This document shows positions 1-10,843 of a stretch of DNA of 64,000 bases, piece by piece. The first letter of the stretch is position 1, and each line of letters opens with the position of its first letter. The translations under genes and the position numbers were made by a program. A model generated the notes under the pieces. That model was not told the origin of the DNA and made no database searches. It saw only the letters and a list, made by a program, of their open reading frames with translations. Source of the stretch: Candidatus Dormiibacterota bacterium (lineage in GTDB: Bacteria; Chloroflexota; Dormibacteria; Aeolococcales; Aeolococcaceae); contig CAWFUO010000001.1 in assembly GCA_963819095.1 (NCBI GenBank), positions 265,792-329,791 on the forward strand, given 5' to 3'.

Positions 1-1073
1 GGGAATGCTTCCTGCTTGACGCGACGGGTCAGTCCCAACGCGTCGACGTTCCCGAGACTGCGTTCGCCCTGTACGTCGGCGCCGATGGCGATGACCTGCT
101 CTACCTGGCCGGCGGACCGGAGACGCCGGATGGTGTCGTTCGCGCGAGCGTTTCCGGCGGCGCGCACCGCGTGGTGCGGTCGGAGAGCCCTGACATGACC
201 ATCGACGCGTCCATGCTCTCGCGGCCGCGTCACATCACGTACCCCGGATACGGTGGAGAGACGGCGCACGCCTGGTACTACGCCCCCCGCAATGACTCCG
301 TGGAACGAGAACCGGGCGGCAAGCCACCGCTGCTGCTCCACGCGCACGGCGGGCCGACGTCGTCAACCAGCATTGCGCTCAACGTCGCGGTGCAGTACTG
401 GACCAGCCGGGGCTTCGCCTACCTCGACGTCGACTACGGTGGCAGCACCGGGTACGGCCGCGCGTACCGCGACCGCCTCAACGAGCAGTGGGGAGTGGTG
501 GACGTCGGTGATTGCATAGCGGGCGCCGAATACCTGGTGCGGCGAGGTGAGGTCGATCCCAACCGTCTGTTCATCCACGGCGGCAGTGCAGGCGGATACG
601 TGGTGCTGTGCGCGATGACGTTCCACGATGTCTTCTCCGCTGGCACGAGCCTCTTCGGCATCGCGGACCTGGAAGCCCTTTTCGCAATGCCTGGACACAA
701 ATTCGAGGCGCGCTACAACTCGCCATTGCCGAAGGGCAAAGGGATGTACGACCGCTCGCCGGTGCACTTCATCGATCGCGTTCGTGGCGCGGTGTTGCTG
801 CTGCAGGGACTCGACGACCCGGTGGTTCCGGCCGAGCAGGCGGAGATGATGTTCGCGGCGCTCAAACGCGCCGGCGTCCCATGCGCGTACATCGGATACC
901 CGGGCGAGCAGCACGGCTTTCGTGAGGCCGCCAACATCGCGAGAACGCTCGAGGCTCAACTGTATTTCTTCGCCACCGTGACCGGTATGACGATGAGCGA
1001 AGCCATTGATCCAGTCGCGATCCTCAATCTCCAGGTACCGGGAGAAGTTGGTCGTGACATCGACGCCCCTTGA
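1..1073 (+). CDS. S9 family serine peptidase (prolyl oligopeptidase / acylaminoacyl-peptidase type), catalytic C-terminal domain; 5' end off-window
   Basis: The frame is open from nt 3, upstream of the listed Met at 171. It has a GGSAGGY nucleophile elbow, a later Asp (LQGLDDPVVP) and a His (GEQHGF), which together form the S9 alpha/beta-hydrolase triad. Confidence 0.85.
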   Translation, partial: ECFLLDATGQSQRVDVPETAFALYVGADGDDLLYLAGGPETPDGVVRASVSGGAHRVVRSESPDMTIDASMLSRPRHITYPGYGGETAHAWYYAPRNDSVEREPGGKPPLLLHAHGGPTSSTSIALNVAVQYWTSRGFAYLDVDYGGSTGYGRAYRDRLNEQWGVVDVGDCIAGAEYLVRRGEVDPNRLFIHGGSAGGYVVLCAMTFHDVFSAGTSLFGIADLEALFAMPGHKFEARYNSPLPKGKGMYDRSPVHFIDRVRGAVLLLQGLDDPVVPAEQAEMMFAALKRAGVPCAYIGYPGEQHGFREAANIARTLEAQLYFFATVTGMTMSEAIDPVAILNLQVPGEVGRDIDAP

Positions 1074-1094
1074 CGTTAGAGAAGCGCGTCGCTG

Positions 1095-2195
1095 TCACGA
1101 GTCGCCATGACCGTTGTGCGACACGCGACGCGGTCGGAGTTGCCAGACGGAGAAGGGGATCACGAGCATCACCGTCCCCGCGATGAGCAGCGCGGGGAAC
1201 AGGAGATCGAACGGGTCGGGTGGGACGCGAAGGGCGGCGGTGACGGCGGCATTCGGCAGCGATGACCCGAATGACGTAAGGGTGATGACGCTGTCGGTGC
1301 CCACCCCGAGGTCATAGCTGACGCTCGCACCCGGCGCATTCAGCGTGAGGTAGGTCACGTAACCATGCGCCGGTACCCACGACATGTTGCGGTCGGAGGA
1401 GAGATCCCGGTGGAGGCTCGCGTTCATCGGCTCAGCGCCGGCAACGGTGAAGCCCGGTGCGCTGTCCAGCGTCGTGCCGTTGGCGAGTCGCGATGTCAGC
1501 GCCACTCCGTTGGTGGTCCGGAGCGGCTGATCGGTCAGCAGGAATAGGTCGGCGTTCACCGGCGCGCCGGCGTTGGCGAGAATCTCGAGCGGGACCCACA
1601 GGCGCGGGGTGCGCATGGTTATCAGCAGCGGAACACCGTCGCCGGCTTGCTGATGCCGTTGCAGAGCCAGTGATGTGTCGTATTTCGCGGCCATGAAGAT
1701 CGGGCTCGACGATGCGTATCGAAGCAGATGATTCGTGATCTCCGGCGACACGAGGAAACCGTTGTGCTCGCACCAGTCGATGACTGCCTGGCCGCTGCCT
1801 TTGAGCACGGTGACGTCGAGCGCCTCGACCTGCACCTGCTCGATCACCTGAGCCGGTGCTCCTGGCGCAGGGACTGCCAGTCCCTCGGCCGCCTGGAACA
1901 AGACTGGTGGTGCAAATTCGCGTTCCAGGCGCTGGAGCGTCCACGCGCCGGCCTCGGTGATCGAGGTCGGGATCGCCGGCAGCGGGACGATCCAGCCGAC
2001 GTCGGTGACCGCGCCGGTGAAGGCGAAGCTGGTGACGTAATGCTCGATGCCGCCGGACCAGGCAACGAATGTCGTCGCCTTGGCGAGGCGAACGTCGCCG
2101 TCAGGGGCGACCAGGCCCCCGCACGCCAGCGCCTGCCCCGCCTGGAGAACAACAGCGGCGGCAACGCCGAAAGTGGCGAACAGAACCTTGCGCAT
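1095..2195 (-). CDS. DUF2330-like secreted protein with C-terminal membrane anchor
   Basis: The signal peptide ends in ALACGG followed by LVAP, a DUF2330-type N-terminus. There is a hydrophobic C-terminal helix (LLFPALLIAGTVMLVIPF) and GC3 is high. Confidence 0.65.
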   Translation of the reverse strand: MRKVLFATFGVAAAVVLQAGQALACGGLVAPDGDVRLAKATTFVAWSGGIEHYVTSFAFTGAVTDVGWIVPLPAIPTSITEAGAWTLQRLEREFAPPVLFQAAEGLAVPAPGAPAQVIEQVQVEALDVTVLKGSGQAVIDWCEHNGFLVSPEITNHLLRYASSSPIFMAAKYDTSLALQRHQQAGDGVPLLITMRTPRLWVPLEILANAGAPVNADLFLLTDQPLRTTNGVALTSRLANGTTLDSAPGFTVAGAEPMNASLHRDLSSDRNMSWVPAHGYVTYLTLNAPGASVSYDLGVGTDSVITLTSFGSSLPNAAVTAALRVPPDPFDLLFPALLIAGTVMLVIPFSVWQLRPRRVSHNGHGDS

Positions 2196-2308
2196 CTCCG
2201 GATCCTCCAGGGGGCTTCACATCGTGCGGAGAGGAGACGCGATGAAACGCCGCAGGGTTCCCGAGGGACGCCGCGGACGCACGACGTGCAATCCGGTGGC
2301 TTTCAGCG

Positions 2309-2337
2309 TTGCCAGATACTTAGTTAGGCTATATAAT
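2309..2337 (+). promoter_or_regulatory. sigma-70-type promoter of the marR-MFS unit (TTGCCA - 17 nt - TATAAT)
   Basis: TTGCCA lies at 2309-2314 and TATAAT at 2332-2337, with an exact 17-nt spacer, in an A+T-rich patch. The marR ATG (2346) starts 8 nt after the -10 element. Confidence 0.4.
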
Positions 2338-2345
2338 CAGTTGCG

Positions 2346-2792
2346 ATGATGACAGCAGTGCTCACCAATAGGCCGGTCGATGTCGCCAATAGGCTCAGGC
2401 CCGTGCTGCTCCATCTCAACCGCCATCTGCGTCGGGAGGTCCATACCTCCGGCGTCTCGGCCGGACAGCTCTCGCTGCTCGGTCTGATCGACGGCAATCC
2501 GGGAATCGGCGTTGCCGAACTCGCCACCCGCGAGGGCATGTCGATGCCGTCGGTCAGCAATCATCTCGACCGGCTCGAGGCTTCCGGGCTCGTGACGCGC
2601 CGGCAGGCGGAGCGCGACCGGCGCAGGGTTGATCTCGAGGTGACTCCCGAGGGTCAGCGGGTGCTCAAGGTGATCCGCTCAAAGCGCACCGCATGGCTGT
2701 CTGCGCGGCTGAGCAAGCTCACGGACGCTGAGATGAACGCGATCGCCGCCGCCATCGCGCCACTCGAGGCGCTCGCGGACCAGGCCGGATGA
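2346..2792 (+). CDS. MarR family transcriptional regulator
   Basis: It carries a winged-helix MarR signature (LSLLGLIDGNPGIGVAELATREGMSMPSVSNHLDRLEASGLVTR). Its stop overlaps the next start (ATGA at 2789-2792). Confidence 0.9.
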   Translation: MMTAVLTNRPVDVANRLRPVLLHLNRHLRREVHTSGVSAGQLSLLGLIDGNPGIGVAELATREGMSMPSVSNHLDRLEASGLVTRRQAERDRRRVDLEVTPEGQRVLKVIRSKRTAWLSARLSKLTDAEMNAIAAAIAPLEALADQAG

Positions 2793-4051
2793 GCCTCGGC
2801 ATCGGCAGCGCCACCGCGCGCACGTTCATGAGCCTTCGCCGGCATTACAACTACCGGCTGTACTTCTTCGGGCAGGTGGTCTCCATCAGCGGCACCTGGA
2901 TGCAGAGCGTCGCCCAGGCGTGGTTCGTCGTGCAGCAAACCCACTCGCCGCTCGCCGTCGGCATCCTCGCGGTGTGCCAGTTCGGCCCCTACGGATTGTT
3001 CGGGCTGTTCGGCGGCGCGATCGCCGACCGGATCGACCAGCGCAAGGTGCTGATGGGCACTCAGGCCGCGTTCATGGTGACGGCCGGACTCCTTGCCGGC
3101 CTCACGCTCTCCGGTCACGCCACGGTGTGGGAGGTGTACGTGCTCGCGGTGGTCACCGGGCTGATCACCGTCCTCGATACGCCGGTTCGCCAGGCCTTCA
3201 CCATCCAGATGGTCGGCCGCGACGAGCTGCCCAACGCGGTGGCGCTGAATTCCAGCCTCTTCAACGCTTCGCGCATCGTCGGCCCGGCGATCGCCGGCGG
3301 GCTCATCGCGGTCGCCGGTGTGGGGATCTGCTTTCTGATCAACGCGGTCAGCTACCTTGCGGTCCTCGCCGCGCTCTGGTTCATGCGCGTCCACCGCCTC
3401 TTCCCGGTTCACAAGGACGAGCGCGGGCAGAACCTCTTTCGCGGGTCGTTCGAGGGCCTCAAGTTCGCGTGGCGTCGGCCGGTGATCCGCTCGGTGCTCG
3501 TGATGATGCTGGTGATCGCGACGATCAGCATCAACTTCAACGTGCTGCTTCCGGTGCTCACCTCACGAACGCTTGACAGCGGCCCGGAGATCTTCGGCAT
3601 CCTTTCCGCGCTCTTCGGCTTCGGTGCACTGGTGGGCGCGCTCTTCTCCGCGTCGCTCGGACGCGCGAGCCGGCGCACCATGCTCATCGGAGCGGCGGCG
3701 TTCTCGGTGTCCGAGATTGCGCTTGCCCCGCTCCATGTCGCCTGGGCTGCAGGCATCGCCCTCGTGGTGACGGGCATCGCCTTCACGCTGTACTCCTCGC
3801 AGGCGAACGCGACACTCCAACTCGCGGTCACCGATCAGATGCGCGGCCGCGTGCTCGGCATCTATGGGTACGTCTTCTTCGGAACGGCTCCCCTGGGCGG
3901 GCTCCTTGCGGGCTGGCTCTCGCAGGAAGGCGGCACCCAGCTCGCGTTCCTGGTCGCCGGGCTGGTCGGGGTCGCCGCAACGATCTACGGATGGGCCGAT
4001 ACCGGCCGCGCGGCGCGCGCCTCCGCACCGCCGATCGCCCAGGTGGCGTAG
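2789..4051 (+). CDS. MFS transporter (MFS_3 / EntS-like efflux type)
   Basis: The protein is 420 aa with a multi-TM hydrophobic profile and an EntS-like N-terminus ([24 protein letters not shown]). It is translationally coupled to marR. Confidence 0.9.
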   Translation: MSLGIGSATARTFMSLRRHYNYRLYFFGQVVSISGTWMQSVAQAWFVVQQTHSPLAVGILAVCQFGPYGLFGLFGGAIADRIDQRKVLMGTQAAFMVTAGLLAGLTLSGHATVWEVYVLAVVTGLITVLDTPVRQAFTIQMVGRDELPNAVALNSSLFNASRIVGPAIAGGLIAVAGVGICFLINAVSYLAVLAALWFMRVHRLFPVHKDERGQNLFRGSFEGLKFAWRRPVIRSVLVMMLVIATISINFNVLLPVLTSRTLDSGPEIFGILSALFGFGALVGALFSASLGRASRRTMLIGAAAFSVSEIALAPLHVAWAAGIALVVTGIAFTLYSSQANATLQLAVTDQMRGRVLGIYGYVFFGTAPLGGLLAGWLSQEGGTQLAFLVAGLVGVAATIYGWADTGRAARASAPPIAQVA

Positions 4052-4109
4052 GCGGCGTACCTTCGCTCATCCTTTCCTGAGCGGGATGACCCATCAGGAG
4101 GTACGGGAA

Positions 4110-5096
<987 letters not shown>

Positions 5097-5119
5097 CCGC
5101 GCGCTATGGTCATCGCGAC

Positions 5120-7078
5120 ATGAGTACCGACGACGCGCATTTCGCATGGACGCCCACCCAAGAGCAGGCGGCGGCGGCGCGGCTGCGGCGCTTCATCGAC
5201 CGGCTCCGCGTCGATGACCTCGACGGCGTCGCGCGGATGGCACTCGACGATCCGCAGCGCTTCTGGGCGGCAGTGGTTGACGACATCGGCGTCGACTGGA
5301 CCCGCCGGTTCGACGTCGCGATGGACGCGTCTGCCGGCTTGCCGTGGACCCGGTTCTGGCGTGGGGGACAGCTCAACCTCGCCCACAACGCGGTGACCCG
5401 CTGGGCGCGGCGCGCTCCGGAGCATCCTGCCGTGGTGTGGGAAGGCGACGACGGCAGCATGCGCGAGTGGACCTATGCGGGTCTCCAACGACGACACCGC
5501 GTACGCAGCCGCCGCCCTCGCCGACCTGGGGGTGGGCACTGGCGACAGTGTCGGCCTGTGCCTGCCGATGATTCCCGGAGACGGCCTCATTCTTCCTTGC
5601 ATGCGCTTGGCTCGGCGCCATCGTGGTGCCGTTGTTCAGCGGCTACGGCGCCGGTGCGATCGTCTCGCGCCTGCGCGACTGCGACGCCAAGGTTCTAGTC
5701 GTTGTTGACGGATTCACGCGGCGCGGCCGCACCGTGGTCATGAAGACGGTCGCCGACGAGGCTGCGGAACAACTGCCGTCGCTCGAGCACATCCTCGTGG
5801 TGCCTCAGCTCCGTGACGAGGGCGGCCTCGATGCAGCCGGGTCGCGATGTGCTGTTCGAGGCGTTGCCGGAAGGCTGGAACGCAGGCCCACCCGTCGCCG
5901 ATACCGATGCCGATGCGACCTTCATGATCATCTACACCAGCGGCACCACCGGCCGCCCCAAGGGCACGGTGCACGTCCATGGCGGCTTTCCCATCAAAGC
6001 GATGCAGGACATGGCGCACTGCTTCGACATCGGCGAGCACGACCGCCTGCTCTGGTTCACCGATATCGGCTGGATGATGGGACCATGGGCCATCTGCGGT
6101 GCGTTGAGCATCGGAGCGACGCTCGTGCTCTTCGACGGAGTTCCGGACCATCCCGGGCCCGATCGGCTCTGGTCGGTCGTGGAGCGCCATCGTGTGTCGG
6201 TGTTGGGAATCGCCCCGACGGTGATTCGCGCGCTCATGCGGCACGGTGATGAGCCGGTCGCCGCACACGATCTCACGTCGCTGCGCGTGCTCGGATCGAC
6301 GGGAGAGCCGTGGAACACCGATCCATGGCTGTGGTACCAGCAGAAGGTCGGTGGCGGCCGGCTGCCGGTGATCAATTATTCCGGCGGCACCGAGATCTCC
6401 GGCGGCATCCTCGCCGGGAACATGCTCACGCCCTTGCAGCCGTGCGCATTTGCCGGGCCGTGTCCGGGGATGGCCGCCGATGTCGTGGACGAGGACGGCC
6501 GGAGCGTGCGCGGCAGAGTTGGCGAGTTGGTGATCCGTGCTCCCTGGCCCGGGATGACCCGCGGATTCTGGCGGGACCGCGAGCGATATCTCGAGACGTA
6601 CTGGTCGCGCTGGCCCGGCGTGTGGGTGCACGGCGACTGGGTTGAGGTTGACTCCGACGGACTCTGGTACGTACGGGGACGGAGCGACGACACGATCAAG
6701 GTCGCGGGCAAGCGCCTCGGACCCGCGGAGGTCGAGTCAGCGCTGGTCGCGCATCAGGCTGTCGCGGAGGCCGCGGCGATCGGTGTCCCCGATCCGGTCA
6801 AGGGCGAGGCGCTCGTCGTCTTCGTCGTGCTCAAACCCGGGTTCACCGACACCCCCGAGTTGCGCGTGGCGCTCGGCCGCCGTGTCGCCGAAGATCTCGG
6901 CAAGGCCCTCGCGCCCCACGCCGTCGAGATTGTGTCGGAATTGCCTAAAACTCGGAACGCGAAGGTGCTCCGCCGCGTGGTCCGTTCGATATACCTGGGG
7001 ACCGATCCGGGTGATCTCTCGTCGCTCGAGAACCACGGCGCCATCGCCGCAATCGGACTGACTCGCTCGCCCGCCTGA
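5120..7078 (+). pseudogene. AMP-dependent synthetase/ligase (acetyl/acetoacetyl-CoA synthetase-like), interrupted by three +1 frame breaks
   Basis: Family-typical sequence runs across four ORFs in frames 2->0->1->2. These are REWTYA (5120 ORF), AAALADLGVGTGDSVGLCLPMIP (5475 ORF), VPLFSGYGAGAIVSRLRDCDAKVLVV (5623 ORF) and IIYTSGTTGRPKG... (5813 ORF). The breaks fall at about 5480, 5575 and 5840. Confidence 0.8.
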
Positions 7079-7093
7079 CGCGCAAGCACTCCC

Positions 7094-8896
7094 TTGAACG
7101 TCCAGGGGATGTCCGCCACCTCGCTCGATGATGGGCGGCTCCGCGTCGGGATGCAGCGCCGTCGCAACGGCGGCGCCCGCCCGACGGCCTCGAGAAGGGG
7201 GCGGTCATGCCCGAACTCCGTTCCGCTGCGCGGCAGCGCATACCATCCAGCCGGGGGGACGCGTCCCGGCCATCGCACCATTCGCAAGCTCGACGACGCG
7301 GAGTTGCACGCCGATGCCGGCGTCACCCTCATGCTGCGCGAGCGCCGCAGCGGACCGACGACCGCGCAGAGCCTGGCGTGGCTGCAATCGCTCCCGGACC
7401 CTGGCGCGCGCCACCTCGACATCGCACAGCTGACTGCGCGGCACGGGTTCGACATCGCCGACCGCGATCGAGTCGTGCGTTGGGCGACGTCGACAGGACT
7501 TCAGGTCACGGCTGAAGACCCGGCCACGCGACGAGTGCTGCTGCGTGGAAGCAACGAACAGCTCTCGCGCGCGTTCGAGGTCGACCTGGAACGTTTCGCG
7601 TGGCAGCGCGCGGATGGCCGCAGCGTCGAGTATCGCGGCCACCATGGGCCGGTGCGTCTGCCCGCGCACCTCGACGGCATCGTCGAGGGCGTCTTTGAAC
7701 TCGATGATCGCCCGCTTGCGCGCTCACACGTGCGCACGCTGGACGACGGCCGCTCGGCCGTGTTCGCGTACGACCCGCCGCAGCTCGCCGCTCTCTACAA
7801 CTTTCCGCGGCTGGCCAACGGTGGCGCGGGCGTCGAGCTGGTGGCGTCGATGATCGAGCTCGGTGGTGTCGTGCATCCGTTCGACCTCGCCGCGTCGTTC
7901 GCCCGCCTCGGCCTCTCCGCGCCGGACATCACGAACGTCTGGCTTGACGGTGCCACGCCGGCCCCCGACCCGAATGGTGCCGATGTCGAAGTGGCGCTCG
8001 ACTACCAGGTCATCGGCGCGATGGTTGCCGCGATGGCACCGAAAGCGCATCTCACAATCGTCAGCTACAACGCACCCAACAGCGAACGGGGTTTCATCGA
8101 CGCAGCTGCGACGGCGGCGAGCGACGCCATCCGCCGCCCGTCAGCCGTGTCGATCAGCTGGGGCGCACCGGAAGACCACTGGTCGGCGCAGGGAATGCGT
8201 GGGCTGGACGCGGCGTTTGCGACCGGTGCTTTGCACGGCGTGACCTTCAGCGCCGCGGCCGGCGATGCCGGGTCGACCAACGACGAGATCGACGGATTCC
8301 AGCACCCGGAGTTCCCGGCGTCGAGCCCGCATGCATGGGCGTGCGGCGGTACCACGTTGCTCGCGGCTCGGGGCCGCATTCGGACCGAGACTGTGTGGAA
8401 CGAGCTGTCACGGGGCGCCGGCGCGGCCGGAAGCGGTGTCAGCAGCGCCTTCCCGATTCCCGCCTACCAGGCCGCATGCGGGATCCGGCCACGCTCGGCG
8501 GACGGCGGCGCCCTCGGCCGAGGTCTCCCTGACGGTTCCGGGAATGCCGACCCATTGACCGGCTGGAACGTTGTGGCGCTGCGCCGCCTGCGGTCCACCG
8601 GCGGCACCAGTGCCGTTGCTCCGATGTACACAGCACTCTGGACGCTGGTGTCCGCGCAGCTCGGCCACCGGATCGGACTGCCGCACCCGCTGCTCTACGC
8701 CAAGCGCGGCCGCGGCTTCAACGATGTGACCACCGGCGACACCGGCGGTCCATATCGTGCGGGGCGCGGATGGGATCTCGCCAGCGGGTGGGGCAGCCCC
8801 GACGGCCGACAGATCGCACGCGACCTCGGCGTCCGCCTGCAGACCCCGGACGTGCGCCGGCCGCGCGTCGCCGGTGGGGAACGCGAGATCGCCTGA
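7094..8896 (+). CDS. S53 family peptidase (sedolisin / kumamolisin-like) with pro-domain
   Basis: The N-terminus resembles a pro-kumamolisin activation domain (VPLRGS...VTLMLRERR...GLQVTAED). The catalytic Ser motif SGGTSAVAP is present. The exact start is uncertain. Confidence 0.8.
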   Translation: MNVQGMSATSLDDGRLRVGMQRRRNGGARPTASRRGRSCPNSVPLRGSAYHPAGGTRPGHRTIRKLDDAELHADAGVTLMLRERRSGPTTAQSLAWLQSLPDPGARHLDIAQLTARHGFDIADRDRVVRWATSTGLQVTAEDPATRRVLLRGSNEQLSRAFEVDLERFAWQRADGRSVEYRGHHGPVRLPAHLDGIVEGVFELDDRPLARSHVRTLDDGRSAVFAYDPPQLAALYNFPRLANGGAGVELVASMIELGGVVHPFDLAASFARLGLSAPDITNVWLDGATPAPDPNGADVEVALDYQVIGAMVAAMAPKAHLTIVSYNAPNSERGFIDAAATAASDAIRRPSAVSISWGAPEDHWSAQGMRGLDAAFATGALHGVTFSAAAGDAGSTNDEIDGFQHPEFPASSPHAWACGGTTLLAARGRIRTETVWNELSRGAGAAGSGVSSAFPIPAYQAACGIRPRSADGGALGRGLPDGSGNADPLTGWNVVALRRLRSTGGTSAVAPMYTALWTLVSAQLGHRIGLPHPLLYAKRGRGFNDVTTGDTGGPYRAGRGWDLASGWGSPDGRQIARDLGVRLQTPDVRRPRVAGGEREIA

Positions 8897-8898
8897 GG

Positions 8899-9942
8899 TC
8901 AGGTCCCTAACAGGGCGGCCGAGCCTGTGGCGAGCGCCACGGGCCGGCCGTCGGCTCCGAGGATTTCAGCGGTCCCGACGGTCAGGCTCCTGCCGCGGTG
9001 CACGACCTTCGCTCGCGCCTCGAGCCGGCTGCCATCGCCGGCAACAGGGCGCAGGAAATTCACCTTGATGTCCACCGACGCCATCCCCTCGCCCTTGGCG
9101 AGCGTCGTCTGAGTCGCCATCGCCAGTGCCAGATCGGCGAGCAGCACGATGAATCCGCCCTGCGGCCATCCGAACGGCGTGGCGAGCCAGCCGGTCAGTG
9201 GCATCGAAATGGTGGCGGCGCCGAGGGTCGCTTCTGTCGGCACGATCCCCAGCAGGTGATGCAGCGGCGGCAGCGGCAGTTCCCCCCGAATTTGCGCCTG
9301 CACGATGTCGACCCCGCTGCGTGTCAGGAACTCGCGCTCGTCGATACGCTCGCCCGACACCGGGTGGCGGTATGGATCGAGTCCACCGTCACCCATCGAC
9401 GACTCCGGGGACGCCCGCGGCGGCGGTGCGGTGCCACCCCGTGAAGGTGCACCCGCAGTCACGTCGCCGAAGATGCGCATCCGCGACGTCGTGTACGCAA
9501 CCATCCGCCCTTCCCCATCGACCACCTCGCCCGCCGAGAGACCCATGGTGCGACCCGCGTAAAGAGCACGACCGTTAGCGGTGATGACCGATCCGACCCG
9601 CGTGGGCCGCACGTATGTCATCGACATCTCGGCAGTCGTGTACTGCGTGTGCGCAGGTTGCAGCGACTGCAGCGCGCACCCCAGGGCGGCGTCCGCCGCG
9701 AGCGCGAGCGTGCCCCCGGGAACGCCGCCGTGCGACCACTCGAACCACGCGGACACGGGCAGGCTGAACGCGGCCGTTCCCTCGTCCGCGCCGTCAAAGG
9801 TCAGTCCCGTGAGCCGTCCCATGGGTGGCTGCGCGCGCACTCGTCGCAAAGCCTCGAGACCGCTCAGGTCACGCGCGGATGCATCGAGGATCTCGCCACG
9901 GACGGGAAGGTCGCGCCAGAGCGCGGGCTCGCGGATCAGCAC
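8899..9942 (-). CDS. double hotdog-fold thioesterase (PaaI/4HBT family, two domains)
   Basis: Two PaaI-like halves are present, each with the motif HGG/QGG...(L)ALAADAAL / VLLADLALAMA. Confidence 0.7.
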   Translation of the reverse strand: MLIREPALWRDLPVRGEILDASARDLSGLEALRRVRAQPPMGRLTGLTFDGADEGTAAFSLPVSAWFEWSHGGVPGGTLALAADAALGCALQSLQPAHTQYTTAEMSMTYVRPTRVGSVITANGRALYAGRTMGLSAGEVVDGEGRMVAYTTSRMRIFGDVTAGAPSRGGTAPPPRASPESSMGDGGLDPYRHPVSGERIDEREFLTRSGVDIVQAQIRGELPLPPLHHLLGIVPTEATLGAATISMPLTGWLATPFGWPQGGFIVLLADLALAMATQTTLAKGEGMASVDIKVNFLRPVAGDGSRLEARAKVVHRGRSLTVGTAEILGADGRPVALATGSAALLGT

Positions 9943-9977
9943 CGTCCGAGCTTAGCGGCGGCCGGCCACCCGAGCGT

Positions 9978-10520
9978 TCAGCGTGGCGGCGGTGCGGGCA
10001 CCCATGCGATCCCCGCGCACGTCGATGTCGCCACATCCGTGCCAACCACCGGCGCAGCGTACGCACTCCCGCGCACCGTGATGGTCTCCGGGAATCCCGG
10101 CAGGGGGATCGGCAGTTGCACGACGCGTGTGACCTCCGAATAGACGTGACATCCATCGCTCGCGCACAGGGTTCCCTCTGGCATCTGCGGGTCGTCAGCG
10201 GTCTTCAGCACTGTCGGATGCGCGGGATCACGAGGGATCTGCCCGGACTGATCGCCCGCCTCGATGCACGAGCGCTGAAACGCATACAACGCGCCCTTGC
10301 GATCCTGCGCGCTGATGTCGACGATCTGCACCGCGCAGGCCCCACCGGCGCACGTCCCCTCATCGCTGTACAGGTACCGAGGATCGATCGAGTCCGCCCC
10401 TGATTGTGCACCCAACTGCGCCGCATCCTGGACGCGCCCCGACCACACGTACAGATATGCCGAGTCTGCGACAAGGCAGACGAGGCTGAAAAGGAACAGC
10501 GCGAATCCGAGCGCCAACAC
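9978..10520 (-). CDS. TadG-like / Tad_N putative pilus-assembly protein (start codon unresolved)
   Basis: RGQTLIVLALGFALFLFSLVCLVADSAYLYVWSGRVQDAAQLGAQSGA matches the Tad_N (TadE/G-like) N-terminal pattern. The conserved RGQTLI lies upstream of the first usable GTG (10520). No in-frame ATG, GTG or TTG exists further upstream before the previous gene; only CTG at 10607. Confidence 0.55.
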   Translation of the reverse strand: MLALGFALFLFSLVCLVADSAYLYVWSGRVQDAAQLGAQSGADSIDPRYLYSDEGTCAGGACAVQIVDISAQDRKGALYAFQRSCIEAGDQSGQIPRDPAHPTVLKTADDPQMPEGTLCASDGCHVYSEVTRVVQLPIPLPGFPETITVRGSAYAAPVVGTDVATSTCAGIAWVPAPPPR

Positions 10521-10546
10521 AATCAGTGTCTGGCCACGCTGGGCGT

Positions 10547-10822
10547 GCTGGAGAGGAGAACGCGCTGGCCGCGGCGAGCGCCGGCGAGGAGCCCGTCCCC
10601 TCCGCAGCGAAGCTGAGCAGGCCGGGAGGTCGTCCGGGCCGCACCGAATATGAGAGCGCTGGAGAGGAGACCGTCCGGGCCGCAGCGAATTTGATAGCGA
10701 CCGAGAGAGCGCGACAATGTGCTTGCGCGAACGAGGGAGCGGCCAAGCTGAGCGGTGGACCGGACGGTCTCCTCCCCAGCGGCCCAGCTGAGCATCAGCC
10801 CGGACGATCTCCCGGTCGTCCG
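10547..10822. repeat. cluster of degenerate ~20-40 nt direct and inverted repeats (core GGAG-R-Y-CGTCCGG-K-CC) in an intra-operon spacer
   Basis: Direct copies start near 10549, 10586, 10627 and 10666 (period about 33-39 nt). Inverted copies lie at 10757-10778 and 10798-10812. The 24-nt arms GCTGGAGAGGAGACCGTCCGGGCC (10657-10680) and their reverse complement near 10757-10782 match at about 22 of 24 positions. Confidence 0.6.
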
Positions 10823-10843
10823 TGCGCGGCACGTGCTGGGACT

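Noticed and set aside
5470-5850. Programmed +1 ribosomal frameshifting (prfB-like) in the synthetase gene or elsewhere.
   Set aside because: No in-frame stop with an upstream SD-like stimulator or slippery CUU-type site occurs at any break. Three consecutive programmed shifts in one gene are implausible.
10547-10822. A possible CRISPR array in the tad-operon spacer.
   Set aside because: The repeats are degenerate, occur in both orientations and are nearly contiguous without unique spacers of regular length. No cas genes are present in the window.
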